Shown here: piece by piece, positions 38,678 to 51,387 of the stretch | Position numbering within the stretch: the stretch's first letter is position 1 | Layout of the letters: each line of letters begins with the position of its first letter | Assembly: GCF_044704955.1 (NCBI RefSeq) | Contig: NC_092006.1 | Location: 5,456,001-5,520,000 of the forward strand | Source of the DNA: Pristiophorus japonicus | Taxonomy: Eukaryota | Direction: 5' to 3' | Length of the DNA: 64,000 nt | Position numbers and translations under genes: made by a program | The notes under the pieces: generated by a model | The model's database searches: none | Told to the model about the DNA's origin: nothing | The model's input: the letters and a program-made list of their open reading frames with translations, nothing else

Positions 38678-41240
38678 TAGAAACATAGAAAATAGGTGCA
38701 GGAGTAGGCCATTCGGCCCTTGTAGCCTGCACCGCCATTCAATGAGTTCATGGCTGAACATGTAACTTCAGTACCCCATTCCTGCTTTCTCGCCATACCC
38801 CTTGATCCCCTTAGTAGTAAGGACTTCAACTAACTCCTTTTTGAATATATTTAGCGAATTGGCCTCAACAACTTTCTGTGGTAGAGAATTCCACAGGTTC
38901 ACCACTCTCTGGGTGAAGAAGTTTCTCCTCATCTAGGTCCGAAATGGCTTACCCCTTATCCTTAGACTGTGACCCCTGGTTCTGGACTTCCCCCAACATT
39001 GGGAACATTCTTCCTGCATCTAACCTGTCTGAACCCATCAGAATTTTAAATGTTTCTATGAGGTCCCCTCTCATTCGTCTGAACTCCAGTGAATACAAGC
39101 CCAGTTGATCCAGTCTTTCTTGATGGGTCAGTCCCGCCATCCCGGGAATCAGTCTGGTGAACCTTCGCTGCACTCCCTCAATAGCAAGAATGTCCTTCCT
39201 CAAGTTAGGAGACCAAAACTGTACACAATATTCCAGGTGTGGCCTCACCAAGGCCCTGTACAAATGTAGCAACACCTCCCTGCCCCTGTACTCAAATCCC
39301 CTCGCTATTCACTGTCTGAGGCCGCGATAGGCTTAATCGCTTACAGACTAAAAACAGGAGAGAAACGAGGGCAGAGATGCAATGAATTTATCCATTTTAC
39401 CTTTGGCTTGTGTGTTTTGGTATGTGTAGTAATTATAGAATGGTTACAGCACAGAGGAAGGCCATTTGGTCCATCGAGTCCGTGCCGACTCTGAACAAGT
39501 CCAACTCACCCCCTCGTCCTTTCCCCGTAGCCCTGCAAAATTCTTTCCTTCAGATACTTACCCAACTCCCTTTTGAAAGCCCCGATTGAGTCTGCCTCCA
39601 CCACCCTCTCAGGCAGCGCGTTCCAGATCCCAACCACTCGCTGCGTAAAAACGTTTTTACTCACGTCGCCTTTGGTTCGTCTACCAATCGCCTTCAATCT
39701 GTGTCCTCTGGTTCTCCACCCTTCCACCAATGGGAACAGTTTCTCTCGATCTACTCGGTCCAGACCACCCATGATTTTGAACATCTCGATCAAATCTCCT
39801 CTCAATCGTTTCTGCCCCACGGACAACAACCCCGGCTTCTCCAGTCTCGCCCCGTCACTGAAGTCCCTCATTCCTGGAAGCATTCTCGTAAATCCTTCCT
39901 GCACCCTCTCCAAGGCCTTCACATCCTTCCCACAGTGCGGTGCCCAGAATTGGACACAATGCTCCAGTTGGGGGCCAAACAGATAACTTCCACACTTTTC
40001 CACTCTACACCTCAACTTATGGACCCAGATACCCGTCAGCCTTTGTAACTGCTTTCTCAACCTTGCTAGAACGACTGTCCGAGACAGATGAGTGAGTGTA
40101 GCATGGCTTGGGAGGACTGGATGACTTTGGACCTGTGGTCCCCAAAGCTCTCCATAACTGGGGGCTTTGCTCAAGTCAGGTCTGGGTCTGTTGTAGACTA
40201 ATGGGTTGCGATGGTTTACCACGACAACCCCATTATCATTGGATCACGCGACCACCAGGATGGTAGAAGGCGAGCAAGATAATATTTATCTTTCTCTTTC
40301 CCATGGCAACCAGTGATGATTCCAACATTCACACCCCATCTAGACTCAGCTTTACTTTCCTATCTTATACCATTACCATCTCAATTCGGCCCATTGTCCC
40401 CTTTTGCCTCTCTAATCTCTCTTGCCTTCCTCCTGGTCACAGACCTTCCCATTTGTTCTTTCAAAAGAACATAAGAACATAACATAAGAACATAAGAATT
40501 AGGAAAAGGAGTAGGCCATCTAGCCCCTCGAGCCTGCTCCGCCATTCAACAAGATCATGGCTGATCTGGCTGTGGACTCAGCTCCACTTACCCGCCCGCT
40601 CCCCGTAACCCTTAATTCCCTTATTGGTTAAAAATCTATCTATCTGTGACTTGAATACATTCAATGAGCTAGCCTCAACTGCTTCCTTGGGCAGAGAATG
40701 CCACAGATTCACAACCCTCTGGGAGAAGAAATTCCTTCTTAACTCGGTTTTAAATTGGCTCCCCCGTATTTTGAGGCTGTGCCCCCTAGTTCTAGTCTCC
40801 CCGACCAGTGGAAACAACCTCTCTGCCTCTATCTTGTCTATCCCTTTCATTATTTTAAATGTTTCTATAAGATCACCCCTCATCCTTCTGAACTCCAACG
40901 AGTAAAGACCCAGTCTACTCAATCTATCACATTAAGGTAACCCCCTCATCTCTGCCCCTGCCTCTTTCCTCCCCTCCCCCTTTCACTATCCCCTTTGCAC
41001 TTCCTTAAAAAGAAAGACTTGCATTTATATAGCGCCTTTCACGACCACCAGGCGTCTCAAAGCGCTTTACAGCCAATGGAGAGTACCTTTGGAGTGTAGT
41101 CACTGTTGTATTGTGGGAAACGCGGCAGCCGATTTGCGCACAGCAAGCTCCCACAAACAGCCTTGTGATAATGACCCAGATCATCTGTTTGTTATGTTGG
41201 TTGAGGGATAAATATTGGCCCCAGGACACCGATGAGAACT
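38678..41240 (-). mobile_element. Intergenic CR1 LINE and SINE fragments between genes 1 and 2
   Basis: RT C-terminal peptides in ORFs 38949, 39506 and 40578, plus a SINE tail at ~41010-41240. Confidence 0.85.
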
Positions 41241-44200
41241 CGAAATAATGCCTTGGGGTCGTTTATGTCCATTTGAGAGAGTAGATGGAGCCTCCACCAA
41301 ACAAAATCGTTTCTCTCTATCTAGTCTATGAAATAGTTAAATCGTCTTAATCACCTCAATTAGATAACCCCCTAATCTTTTATACGCAAGGCGGGGGGTC
41401 TGTGCACACTGTCCTTATAAGTTAACCCTTTTTGCCCAACATGGTACTGGTGAACTTAAAGGCTCTTTATAAAAACCTACAATATAAATTAACATTAACA
41501 AGAACACTGGGTCGCTGGGAATTTATTCAAACTCTCATAAGATGTTTTGGGAAGTTTCTGGGCGATGGATTTGAACGAGTCTTTGCCAGGATTGTTGCTG
41601 TTCCCGAATCTCATCCGGTTGTACCTGCTGATTCCAAAGTGATCGGAAGGGGAGTGATTAAACTGACTCTGGTGGATAACGCAATGTAACTACCTGTGGT
41701 ACAGCCCTGTTTCTGGCTCAATATCTCCTCTGGGTAAAGAAGTTTCTCCTGAATTCCCTATTGGATTTATTAGTGACTGTCTTATATTGATGGCCCCTGG
41801 TTCTGGTCTCTCCCACAAGTGGAAACACTCCACGTCTACCCTATCGACCCCTTTCAGAAGCTTAAAGACCTGTATCTTGTTGACCCTCCGTCTCTTTTCG
41901 AGGGCCCCAGCAGGTTCAGCCTTTCCTGATGGCAAAACCTCTTAGTTCTGGTATCGTTTTAGTCAATCTTTTTTGCACCTTATCCAGTGCCTCTATATTG
42001 TTTTTATGATACGGAGAGCAGAACTGTGCACAGTGCCCCAAGTGTGGTCTAACCAAGGTCCGATACAAGTTTAACATTACTTCCCGACTTTTCAATTCTA
42101 TCCCTCTACAAATGAACCCTGGTTCTTTGCTTGTTTTAATGGGCTTGTTAAGCTATGTCGCTACATTTAGTGATTAGTGTATCTGTACCCCAGATCCCTC
42201 TGTTCCTCTACCCCATTATGGAAACTTATTTTCTAAGAAGGAACAGATATTTATAATAAAAAACGAATTGCTGACAAAATCACTTCACTGCATTATTATG
42301 AACATACAGAACATACATTTATAAAGTGCTTTTCACGACCACCGGACATCTCAAAGTGCTTTAAAGCCAATGAAGAACTTTTGGAGTGTACTGTTCTAAT
42401 GTGAGAAACGCAGCAGCCAATTTGTGCACAGCAAGCTTCCACAAACAGCAATATGAAAATGACCCAGATATTCTGTTTTAGTTTGTTAATTGAGTGATAA
42501 ATATTGGCCAGGCTACCGGGGATAATTCCCCTGCTCTTCTTCGAAACAGTGCGATATTTTATATCCAGCTGAGAAAGCAGCTTGGTTTAATGTCACATCC
42601 GAAACACGGCACCTCCGACACTACAGCGCTCCCGCAGTACTGCCCCTCCCACAGTGCAGTGCTCCCTCAGTACTGCCCCTCCGACAGTGCGGCGCTCCCT
42701 CAGTACTGCCCCTCCCACAGTGCAGTGCTCCCTCAGTACTGCCCCTCCAACACTTCCTCAATACTGCCCCTCCGACAGTGCGGCGCTCCCTCAGTACCGC
42801 CCCTCCAACAGTGCGGCGCTCCCTCAGTACTGCCCCTCCCACAGTGCGGTGCTCCCTCAGCACTGTCCTCCCTCAGTACTGCCCCTCCCACAGTGCGGCA
42901 CTCCCTCAGTACTGCCCCTCCCACAGTGCGGCGCTCCCTCAGTACTGCCTCTCCGACAGTGCGGTGCTCCCTCAGCACTGCATTGCAGTGTCAGTCTAGA
43001 TTTTTGTGCTCAAGTCTCTGGAGTGGGACTTGAACCCACAACCTCTTGTCTCAAAGGCAAGTGTACTGCCCACTGAGCCACAGCTGACACTTAAAAGGAG
43101 CTGCTGGGTTTAAAATAATCCAGTTTCAATCGTAAATGTGACAAGGTTCACCTCCAGGACACAGCCAGAGAATGTTTGGGATCTATGTAAACGCCAGCTT
43201 TAATATCAATGCAGCTTAAACCTGGAATCAGTGTCTGAGTTGCCCCAGAGGTCCTTAGCCCCACATAAATCACATTTGCTCTATAAATGTGCGCTGTAAA
43301 TCAGCATTAGAGATACACTGAGCGCATCTGGGCTTGAACGTTCAAAGAGCAGGAATCGCAAACGCAATGCTAGGGTTTGACAACCTGTTTATTTGTATTT
43401 GTAACATCGGACAGTGAGCCGTGTTAACTACGACTTGAATAATATCGTGCTCACAGACAGCACAATGCATTTAAGAACAATACAAGCGAGGAGAGACAAG
43501 CCGGGACTGAACGGAAATGGCAGGCGACGTGTCGTCTTCGGAGTAGCAGATGATGGGTCAAGAGAGGATTTCGACATGTTTCGAAGCTCCCGCAGAATTC
43601 CCCGTTTGCAAAGCGGCTTGAAATTGCACTGGTGGTGTTTCGGCGTTAAGGCTCTCCAATCAGCGTTACAATGGTTCTGCGTTGGTCAGTTTCCTCTTGC
43701 GATTAATTATTGATCAGTGCGCATCAGATCGACAGAGTGAAACGTCAACAAGGACAGCAATTTGAACCCTTTAGCTGCACGCCACTGCTTTCAATAGTCG
43801 GATTGATGCTGTGCCTTGGGACTGGAACCCGGCGTCTCTTGGAAGGGTCGACACCCCAAGGCGCGCTGGTCAGTCTTCTGAAGGAGATGGCCAATTAACT
43901 CCCTGTCCAGGGGTCCCAGAAGCAGACAGAGGCGACGCGGAATTGAGGTACAAGGGATTGTTACTGAGCAAGGTGTCCTCGCTGGTCTCCCACACTCGGA
44001 GGGTGGTGAATCTTTGGAATTCTCTGCCCCAGAGGGCTGTGGAGGCTCAGTCGTTGAGGATATTCAAGGCTGGGATCAATGGACTGGGAATCTAGGGGAT
44101 TCATGGGATATGGACATCGGGCGCGAAAGTGGAGTTGAGGTCAATGATCGGTCATGATCTGCTCGGGGCGCCAAATGACCGACTCCTGCACCTATTTCTT

Positions 44201-44674
44201 ATGTTCGTATATTCAGAGGATAGGTTGGATAGGCTGGCGTTGTTGTCTTTGGAACAGAGGAGGCTGAGGGGAGAGCTAATTGAGGTGTGTAAAATGCTGA
44301 GGGGCCAGGATAGAGTGGATAGGACGGACCTGTTTCCCTTGGCAGAGGGGTCAACAACCAGGGTGCATAGACTGAACGTAATTGGGGGGAGGTTTAGAGG
44401 GGAGTTCAGGAGAACTTTGTTCACCCAGAGGGTGGTGGGGGTCTGGGGCGGAGCTCGCTTCCTGAAAGGGCGGTAGAGGCAGAAACCCTCACCACATTTG
44501 GATGTGCACCTGAAGTGCCGTAACCTACAGGGCTACGGACCAAGAGCGGGAAAGTGGGATTAGGCTGGGTGGCTCTTGGTCGGCCGGCCCGGACACGATG
44601 GGCCGTAATGGCCTCCTTCCGGGCTGTAAGTTTCTAGCGTTTCTATAGTTTCAGAGGAAACTTTCCACCATGCT

Positions 44675-44752
44675 TCATATCCATGAGCTGTTCACTTTCC
44701 TTTCCCGTCGGACTGTTGGATCCGCCTTAAATGCCAGTTGGGCGTAAAGAGT
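44675..44752 (-). pseudogene. Gene 2 terminal exon: TLYAQLAFKADPTVRRERKVNSSWI*
   Basis: ttctctcatag acceptor, phase 0; highly similar to the start of the gene 3 terminal exon. Confidence 0.8.
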
Positions 44753-45609
44753 CTATGAGAGAAAACAGAAACCATTATCGCGGCTCACATCATCACCATC
44801 GGAACGGAGTGACAGGAGGAGGCCATTCAGCCCCTCGAGCATGTTCCCCCACTCAATAAGATAAGAACATAAGAAATAGGAGCAGGAGTCGGCCATTCGG
44901 CCCCTCGAGCCTGCTCCGCCACTTAATGAGATCATGGCCGATCTGATCATGGACTCAGCTCCACTCCCCTGCCTGCTCCCCATAACCTCTTATCGCCATC
45001 GTTCAAGAAACTGTCTATCTCTGTCTTAAATTTATTCAATGTCCCGGCTTCCACAGCTCTCTGAGGCAGCGAATTCCACAGATTCACAACCCTGAGAAGA
45101 AATTTCTCCTCATCTCAGTTTTAAATGGGCGGCCCCTTATTCTAAGATCGTGCCCCCTAGTTCTAGTCTCCCCCATCAGTGGAAACATCCTCTCTGCATC
45201 CACAGCTGATCCTGTATCTTAACTCACTCTACCCACCTTGGTTCCCTAACCCTTAATCCCCTTACCCAACAAGAGTCGATCCACCTCTGTCTTGACATTT
45301 CCAACTGACCCCTGACCTCGACAGCTTTTTGGGGGAGAGAGTTCCAGATTCCCGCTCCCCTTTGTGTGAAGAAGTGTTTCCTGTCATCACCCCTGAACGG
45401 TCTGGCTCGAAATTTAAGGTGACGTCCCCTTGGTCTGGACTCCCCCCGCCAAAGGAACTCATTTCTCTCTCTATCCACCCTATCGAACACTTTAATCATC
45501 ATAAACAACTCGATTAGATCGCCCTTTAATCTTCTATACTCCAGGGAATAAAAGCTTAGTCTGTGCGACCTGTCTTAATAATTTAACGCTTTTAGCCCCT
45601 GTATTATTA

Positions 45610-47055
45610 GTTAGGCCACAGCTGGAGTACTGCGTGCAGCTCTGGTCACCACATTACAGGAAAGATGTGATTGCACTGGAGAGGGTGCAGAGGAGATTTA
45701 CCAGGATGTTGCACTGGAGAGGGTGCAGAGGAGATTTACCAGGATGTTGCACTAGAGAGGGTGCAGAGGAGATTTACCAGGATGTTGCACTAGAGAGGGT
45801 ACAGAGGAGATTTACCAGGGTGTTGCACTGGAGAGGGTGCAGAGGAGATTTACCAGGATGTTGCACTGGAGAGGGTGCAGAGGAGATTTACCTGGATGTT
45901 GCACTGGAGAGGGTACAGAGGAGATTTACTAGGATGTTGCACTGGAGAGGTGCAGAGGAGATTTACCAGGATGTTGCACTAGAGAGGGTGCAGAGGAGAT
46001 TTACCAGGATGTTGCACTGGAGAGGGTGCAGAGGAGATTTACCAGGATGTTGCACTAGAGAGGGTGCAGAGGAGATTTACCAGGATGTTGCACTGGAGAG
46101 GGTACAGAGGAGATTTACCAGGATGTTGCACTAGAGAGAGTACAGAGGAGATTTACCAGGATGTTGCACTGGAGAGGGTACAGAGGAGATTTACTAGGAT
46201 GTTGCACTGGAGAGGGTGCAGAGGAGATTTACCAGGATGTTGCACTAGAGAGGGTGCAGAGGAGATTTACCAGGATGTTGCACTGGAGAGGGTGCAGAGG
46301 AGATTTACCAGGATGTTGCACTAGAGAGGGTGCAGAGGAGATTTACCAGGATGTTGCACTAGAGAGGGTGCAGAGGAGATTTACCAGGATGTTGCACTAG
46401 AGAGAGTACCGAGGAGATTTACCAGGATGTTGCTCTGGAGAGGGTACAGAGGAGATTTACTAGGATGTTACACTAGAGAGGGTGCAGAGGAGATTGACCA
46501 GGACATTGCACTAGAGAGGGTACAGAGGAGATTTACCAGAATGTTGCACTAGAGAGGGTACAGAGGAGATTTACCAGGATGTTGCATGGACTGGAGAATT
46601 TTAGCGACGAGGAAAGATTGGATAGGCTGGGGGTTGTTTTCTCTGCAACAGAGGAGGCTGAGGGGAGACCTGATTGAGGTGTATAAAATGATGAGGAGCC
46701 TGGATAGAGTGGATAGGAAGGATCTGTTTCCCTTGGCAGAGGGGGTCAACAACCAGTGGGCATAGATTGAAAGTAATTGGGCGGAGGTTTAGAGGGGATT
46801 TGAGGGGAAATGTCTTCACCCAGAGGGTGGTGGGGGTCTGGGGCGGAACTCACTGCCTGAAAGGGTGGTAGAGGCAGAAACCCTCACCACATTTAAAAAG
46901 TACCTGGATGTGCACTTGAAGTGCTGTAACCTACAGGGTTACGGACCGAGAGCGGGAAAGTGGGATTAGGCTGGGTGGCTCTTGGTCGGCCGGCGCGGGA
47001 CACGATGGGCCGAATGGCCTCCTCCCGCGCTGTAAACTTCTGTGATTCTATGATT
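45610..47055 (+). mobile_element. CR1 LINE fragment with ~24 tandem copies of a 38-bp RT-derived unit
   Basis: Unit GTTGCACTAGAGAGGGTGCAGAGGAGATTTACCAGGAT from ~45670 to 46585, flanked by continuous LINE sequence. Confidence 0.9.
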
Positions 47056-47272
47056 ATTCTGTCAACTTGTAATTATATATAATCGCCAACTTAAAATATA
47101 GACCGATATTTTGTAATCTGTTTTTGCAGTTCTATCAAAATAAACTGCTTTCCTGCAGAGTTCATTGTGCAAAGTTTTATAGAATCGTTAACTATGAATC
47201 TTAACCGTTGGATTAAGGATGAGTGCAGGTAACTGCAAGGTGTCAAGCAAAGACAATTATTTTCACTCTCAC

Positions 47273-47331
47273 CTCCTTATCTCTTGCACCTGGTCTGGAA
47301 TCCGTGAATTTCTCATCGCTGGCCGTGTTAC
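47273..47331 (-). pseudogene. Gene 2 cytoplasmic exon GNTASDEKFTDSRPGARDKE
   Basis: tatttcag acceptor and GAG|gtgaga donor, 59 nt, phase 1-0, bridging the TM and terminal exons in frame. Confidence 0.75.
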
Positions 47332-47699
47332 CTGAAATAAAGGGAATGCAATCTAAGTCTAAATGCACACACATTTCACGCTGACATGCACCGAGCCAAA
47401 CGTTGTTTCCTTCAGGTAATTATCCAACTCCCTTTTGAAAGCCACGTTTGAGTCTGCCTCTACCACCCTCTCAGGCAGTATGTTCCAGACCCTAACCACT
47501 CGCTGCTTAAAAATAGTTTTTCTTCATTTCGCCTTTGCTTCTTCTGCCTTAAATCTGTGTCCTCTGCTTCTCCACCCTTCTCCCAACGAGAACAGTTCCT
47601 CTCTGTCTGGACCCCTCACGATTTGGCCTTCCTGACTTGGGCATAGGTCATTGGGTCACAATCCCGGAATTCCCTCCCTAACAGCACTGTTAGGAGCAC

Positions 47700-48660
47700 C
47701 TTCACCACAGCGGACTGTCGAACTCGTTTGGCAGAACGTCTCATCGCCAGAGCTTTCACACAAGCACCAAGACGTAGCTTGGTTGGCGGTGAGGAGGGCC
47801 TTACCCGTCAGAGCCTTCATGCACAGCCGGCGTCTCAGCAGCACGGCACGGTGCCCCCGAGTCGGCTGCAGGGCGGACAAGACTGTCACCCATCTCCTTC
47901 AGGATTGCCCCTTCGCAAGGCAGGTTTGGAAAGAGATGCAGTGGTTGCTGTCGAGGTTCATCCCGAGCAGCTCCGTAACACAGGACCCTGTGCTCTAGGG
48001 GCTGTTCCCAGGGACACACACCCAGACAGACATCACCTGCTGCTGGAGGGCCATCAACTTGGTCAAAGACGCTCTTTGGTCTTGCCGAGACTTGCTGGTC
48101 TTCCAGAGCAAGGAGATGTCCACGTCTGCGTGTTGCAGACTGGCGCAATCCACGATCCAGGATTACGTGCTGAGGGACGCACTTAAAATCGGTGCAGTCG
48201 CCGCAAAGGCACGGTGGGGAAGGGCCACAGTTTAAAGCCCTTCTGACACGGTAAACCCAGGGGCAGGAATCAGTACAAAACTCCCCTCGGGCCGTACTTG
48301 TAACTTCTTTTTTGTGTACATGGAGCACCATGATCTGTAAACACCTATGTAGTGCCATGTACAATGTAAGGTCTGTTTCGTAATGCACGTTGAAAAGAAA
48401 AATGTAAATGTACCGTCACCCATTCCGTGTAATGTATAGTGACACATGTAATGTAATTTGTCGAATGTACTACAAGGTATCCCGTATTGTACCGAATTGT
48501 ACTTGAACTGAAAAGCAAAGAAATGTATCGAACGGAACTGCCGTCAGCACCCAAATGTAGTGTATGGGATTGCTGACCGCAGCTAAATGTACTGAACTGC
48601 TTTTGAATGTACTGTACAAATTTTTATACGAATAAAGTATATTTTGAAATTAAAAAAAAT
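47700..48660 (+). mobile_element. Tx1/L1-clade LINE 3' fragment with 3' UTR and A-rich end
   Basis: LVWQNVSSPELSHKHQDVAWLAVRRALP...CPRVGC peptide; ends AATAAA...AAAAAAAA. Confidence 0.8.
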
Positions 48661-48706
48661 AACACAGTAACTGGATAGATTGGCCGCGCCTCCCGACCGC
48701 CGCTAC

Positions 48707-48823
48707 CTGACTGCCGGGTCCTGCAGCTCCAGCTCGCCATCACCGTCACCATCAGGAGGAGGAGAAGCACCACCGAGCAAGTCACCAAAACCCATAAACT
48801 ACAGTCGCTGTGCAGCGGGAGCC
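48707..48823 (-). pseudogene. Gene 2 TM exon GLPLHSDCSLWVLVTCSVVLLLLLMVTVMASWSCRTRQS
   Basis: gtacag acceptor and G|gtagcg donor, 117 nt, phase 1-1. Confidence 0.85.
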
Positions 48824-50668
48824 CTGTACACAAGGGGGAAAAACAGCCTCTTAGTTAAAAGAAAATCCCGTAACCCAAGCCCTCTGCTTCTCGCAGGAGG
48901 TTCAGGGAGACCCAATACCATCTTCCAGGGTCCACGAGGGTTAGATACTCAATACCAAGTCTTCCCAACATCAATAGATAGAGATNNNNNNNNNNNNNNN
49001 NNNNNNNNNNNNNNNNNNNNNNNNNNNNNNNNNNNNNNNNNNNNNNNNNNNNNNNNNNNNNNNNNNNNNNNNNNNNNNNNNNNNNNNNNNNNNNNNNNNN
49101 NNNNNNNNNNNNNNNNNNNNNNNNNNNNNNNNNNNNNNNNNNNNNNNNNNNNNNNNNNNNNNNNNNNNNNNNNNNNNNNNNNNNNNNNNNNNNNNNNNNN
49201 NNNNNNNNNNNNNNNNNNNNNNNNNNNNNNNNNNNNNNNNNNNNNNNNNNNNNNNNNNNNNNNNNNNNNNNNNNGATACGTGTATAGATAGATAGACCGA
49301 CAGATTTATGGATAGACAGACAGATAGATGGATAGATACATCGATAAATCAATAGATAGACAGATAGACAGATATATTTATGGATAGACAGATAGATAGA
49401 TCGACAGACAGACACAGACAGACAGATAGAGGAGGTGCAACGAGACCTGGGTGTCATGGTACATCAGTCATTGAAAGTTGGCATGCAGCTACAGCAGGTG
49501 GTGAAGAAGGCAAATGGCATGTTGGCCTTCATAGCGAGGGGATTTGAGTATAGGAGCAGGGAGGTCTTACTGCAGTTGTACAGGGCCTTGGTGAGGCCTC
49601 ACCTGGAATATTGTGTTCAGTTTTGGTCTCCTCATCTGAGGAAGGACATTCTTGCTATTGAGGGAATCAGCAAAGGTACACCAGACTGATTCCCGGGATG
49701 GCAGGACTGACATATCAAAAAAGGCTGGATCGACTAGGCTTATATTCACTGGAATTTAGAAGAATGAGAGGGGATCTCATAGAAACATATAAAATTCTGA
49801 CGGGACTGGACAGGTTAGATGCAGGAAGAATGTTCCCGATGTTGGGGAAGTCCAGAACCAGGGGTCACAGTCTCAGGATAAGGGGTAAGCCATTTAGGAC
49901 CGAGATGAGGAGAAACTTCTTCACTCAGAGAATTGTGAACCTGTGGAATTCTCTACCACAGAAAGTTGTTGAGGCCAGTTCGTTGGATATATTCAAGAGG
50001 GAGTTAGATGTGGACCTTACGGCTAAAGGGATCAAGGGGTATGGAGAGAAAGCAGGAATGGGGTACTGAAGTTGAATGATCAGCCATGATCATATTGAAT
50101 GGTGGTGCAGGCTCGAAGGGCCGAATGGCCTGCTCCTGCACCTACTTTCTATGTTTCTATATTTGGACGGACGGATAGATGGTAAACAGACAGATAGTTT
50201 ACAGATAATACAACACTTGGTAAAGCAGTGGATCAGGATGAGGATAATTATAGGCTGCAGGAGAGCACAGACGGGTTGGTGAAATGGCCGTCAGCACGGC
50301 CGGTGGGGTTCAAAGCGGGGAAGTGTTAAGTGTTTCAGTTTGGGAGGGGTAACATGGACAGACAATGTACTGTGAATGGCATCGAGCGAGGACGTGATCC
50401 ACCGGAAATGGCAGTATATTATTCTCCAATTTGACCCATGGATCGCCCAGGAATATACCTGCTCTCCCAGCAGGTAGATATGACCTAGCAGGACAGAAGG
50501 ACCTTATAATTGAGAAAGCTAAACATTGAGAGATCTGGGAGAGGTAAATCATTGAGATACTTACACACGAATTTGCAGAAAGGAAGAGAATTTGAATGTA
50601 TAACGTGACAGGGCTAACAATGATCTCTTACATCACCATTGAAGATATTAGTGAAGGAGAATAGTTAC

Positions 50669-50971
50669 CGCTCAGCGATGAGATGCTTTCACTGATGAAA
50701 TTGCCGGTGGAATTGACCGGAACGGCGCAAGTGCAGACAGCGCCACTCCGCCAAGTTTCCGCCGAGACGCTGAGGTGACTCCCGACCGTGAGCGTCCCGT
50801 CCGGCTCGGTGGTCCCGGAGTCGCTCCGTCCCTCGGCGAGCCGTCCCGAAACAGTCCAGCGGACGGGAAGGGAATCGGGAGTCAGGCCTCTGACCAGACA
50901 CAGCAGCGGGACCCTCGCCAGCGAGGGAATTTCGTCCTGCGGCAGAGTTAAGAGCTGTATTTCCGGAGACC
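50669..50971 (-). pseudogene. Gene 2 Ig C1-set exon
   Basis: VPLLCLVRGLTPDSLPVRW...DGTLTVGSHLSVSAETWRSGAVCTC; 303 nt, phase 1-1, open frame. Confidence 0.9.
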
Positions 50972-51048
50972 CTGCCGAATTTGGGGAGGATTAATATTCG
51001 ACGGAAATCGGCCGTTATTTATGACGAAATTCGTAAACGAATTCTTAC

Positions 51049-51387
51049 CTGTAATGAGCAATTTCGAGCCGTTTCCGAATATAAGGTGCAATGGACTAGA
51101 TTTCTGAGCTGTGCAGTAATACACCCCTGAATCGTTCCCCTGGACCTCGTTCACAATCAGAGAGTAAATATTGAATTTGTCGTCAATTTGTCCGGAAAAT
51201 CTCCCTTCAGGAAGATTGTAGTCGCTCACGGTGTAAACTTTCTGCAGAGGTCCTCGGTTCTGCTGCTTATACCACTGCACAGCTCAAGTCAGCAACTGAC
51301 CAGCGTGACAATCCGCCTTGTAGGTACTGCCAACCGAGAGAGTCTGGACCGACGGACTCTGGGCGAAATAGTCCTGGGAGGCAATAA
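51049..51387 (-). pseudogene. Gene 2 VJ-type V exon with in-frame TGA (51284-51286)
   Basis: ...YKADCHAGQLLT*AVQWYKQ...DSGVYYC...LIFGNGSKLLIT; 339 nt, the same length as the gene 3 V exon. Confidence 0.88.

Noticed and set aside
42640-42960. Multiple CACAGTG heptamers suggesting recombination signal sequences
   Set aside because: They are variants of the SINE 33-bp repeat unit, have no nonamer at 12/23 spacing and are not adjacent to V or J sequence.
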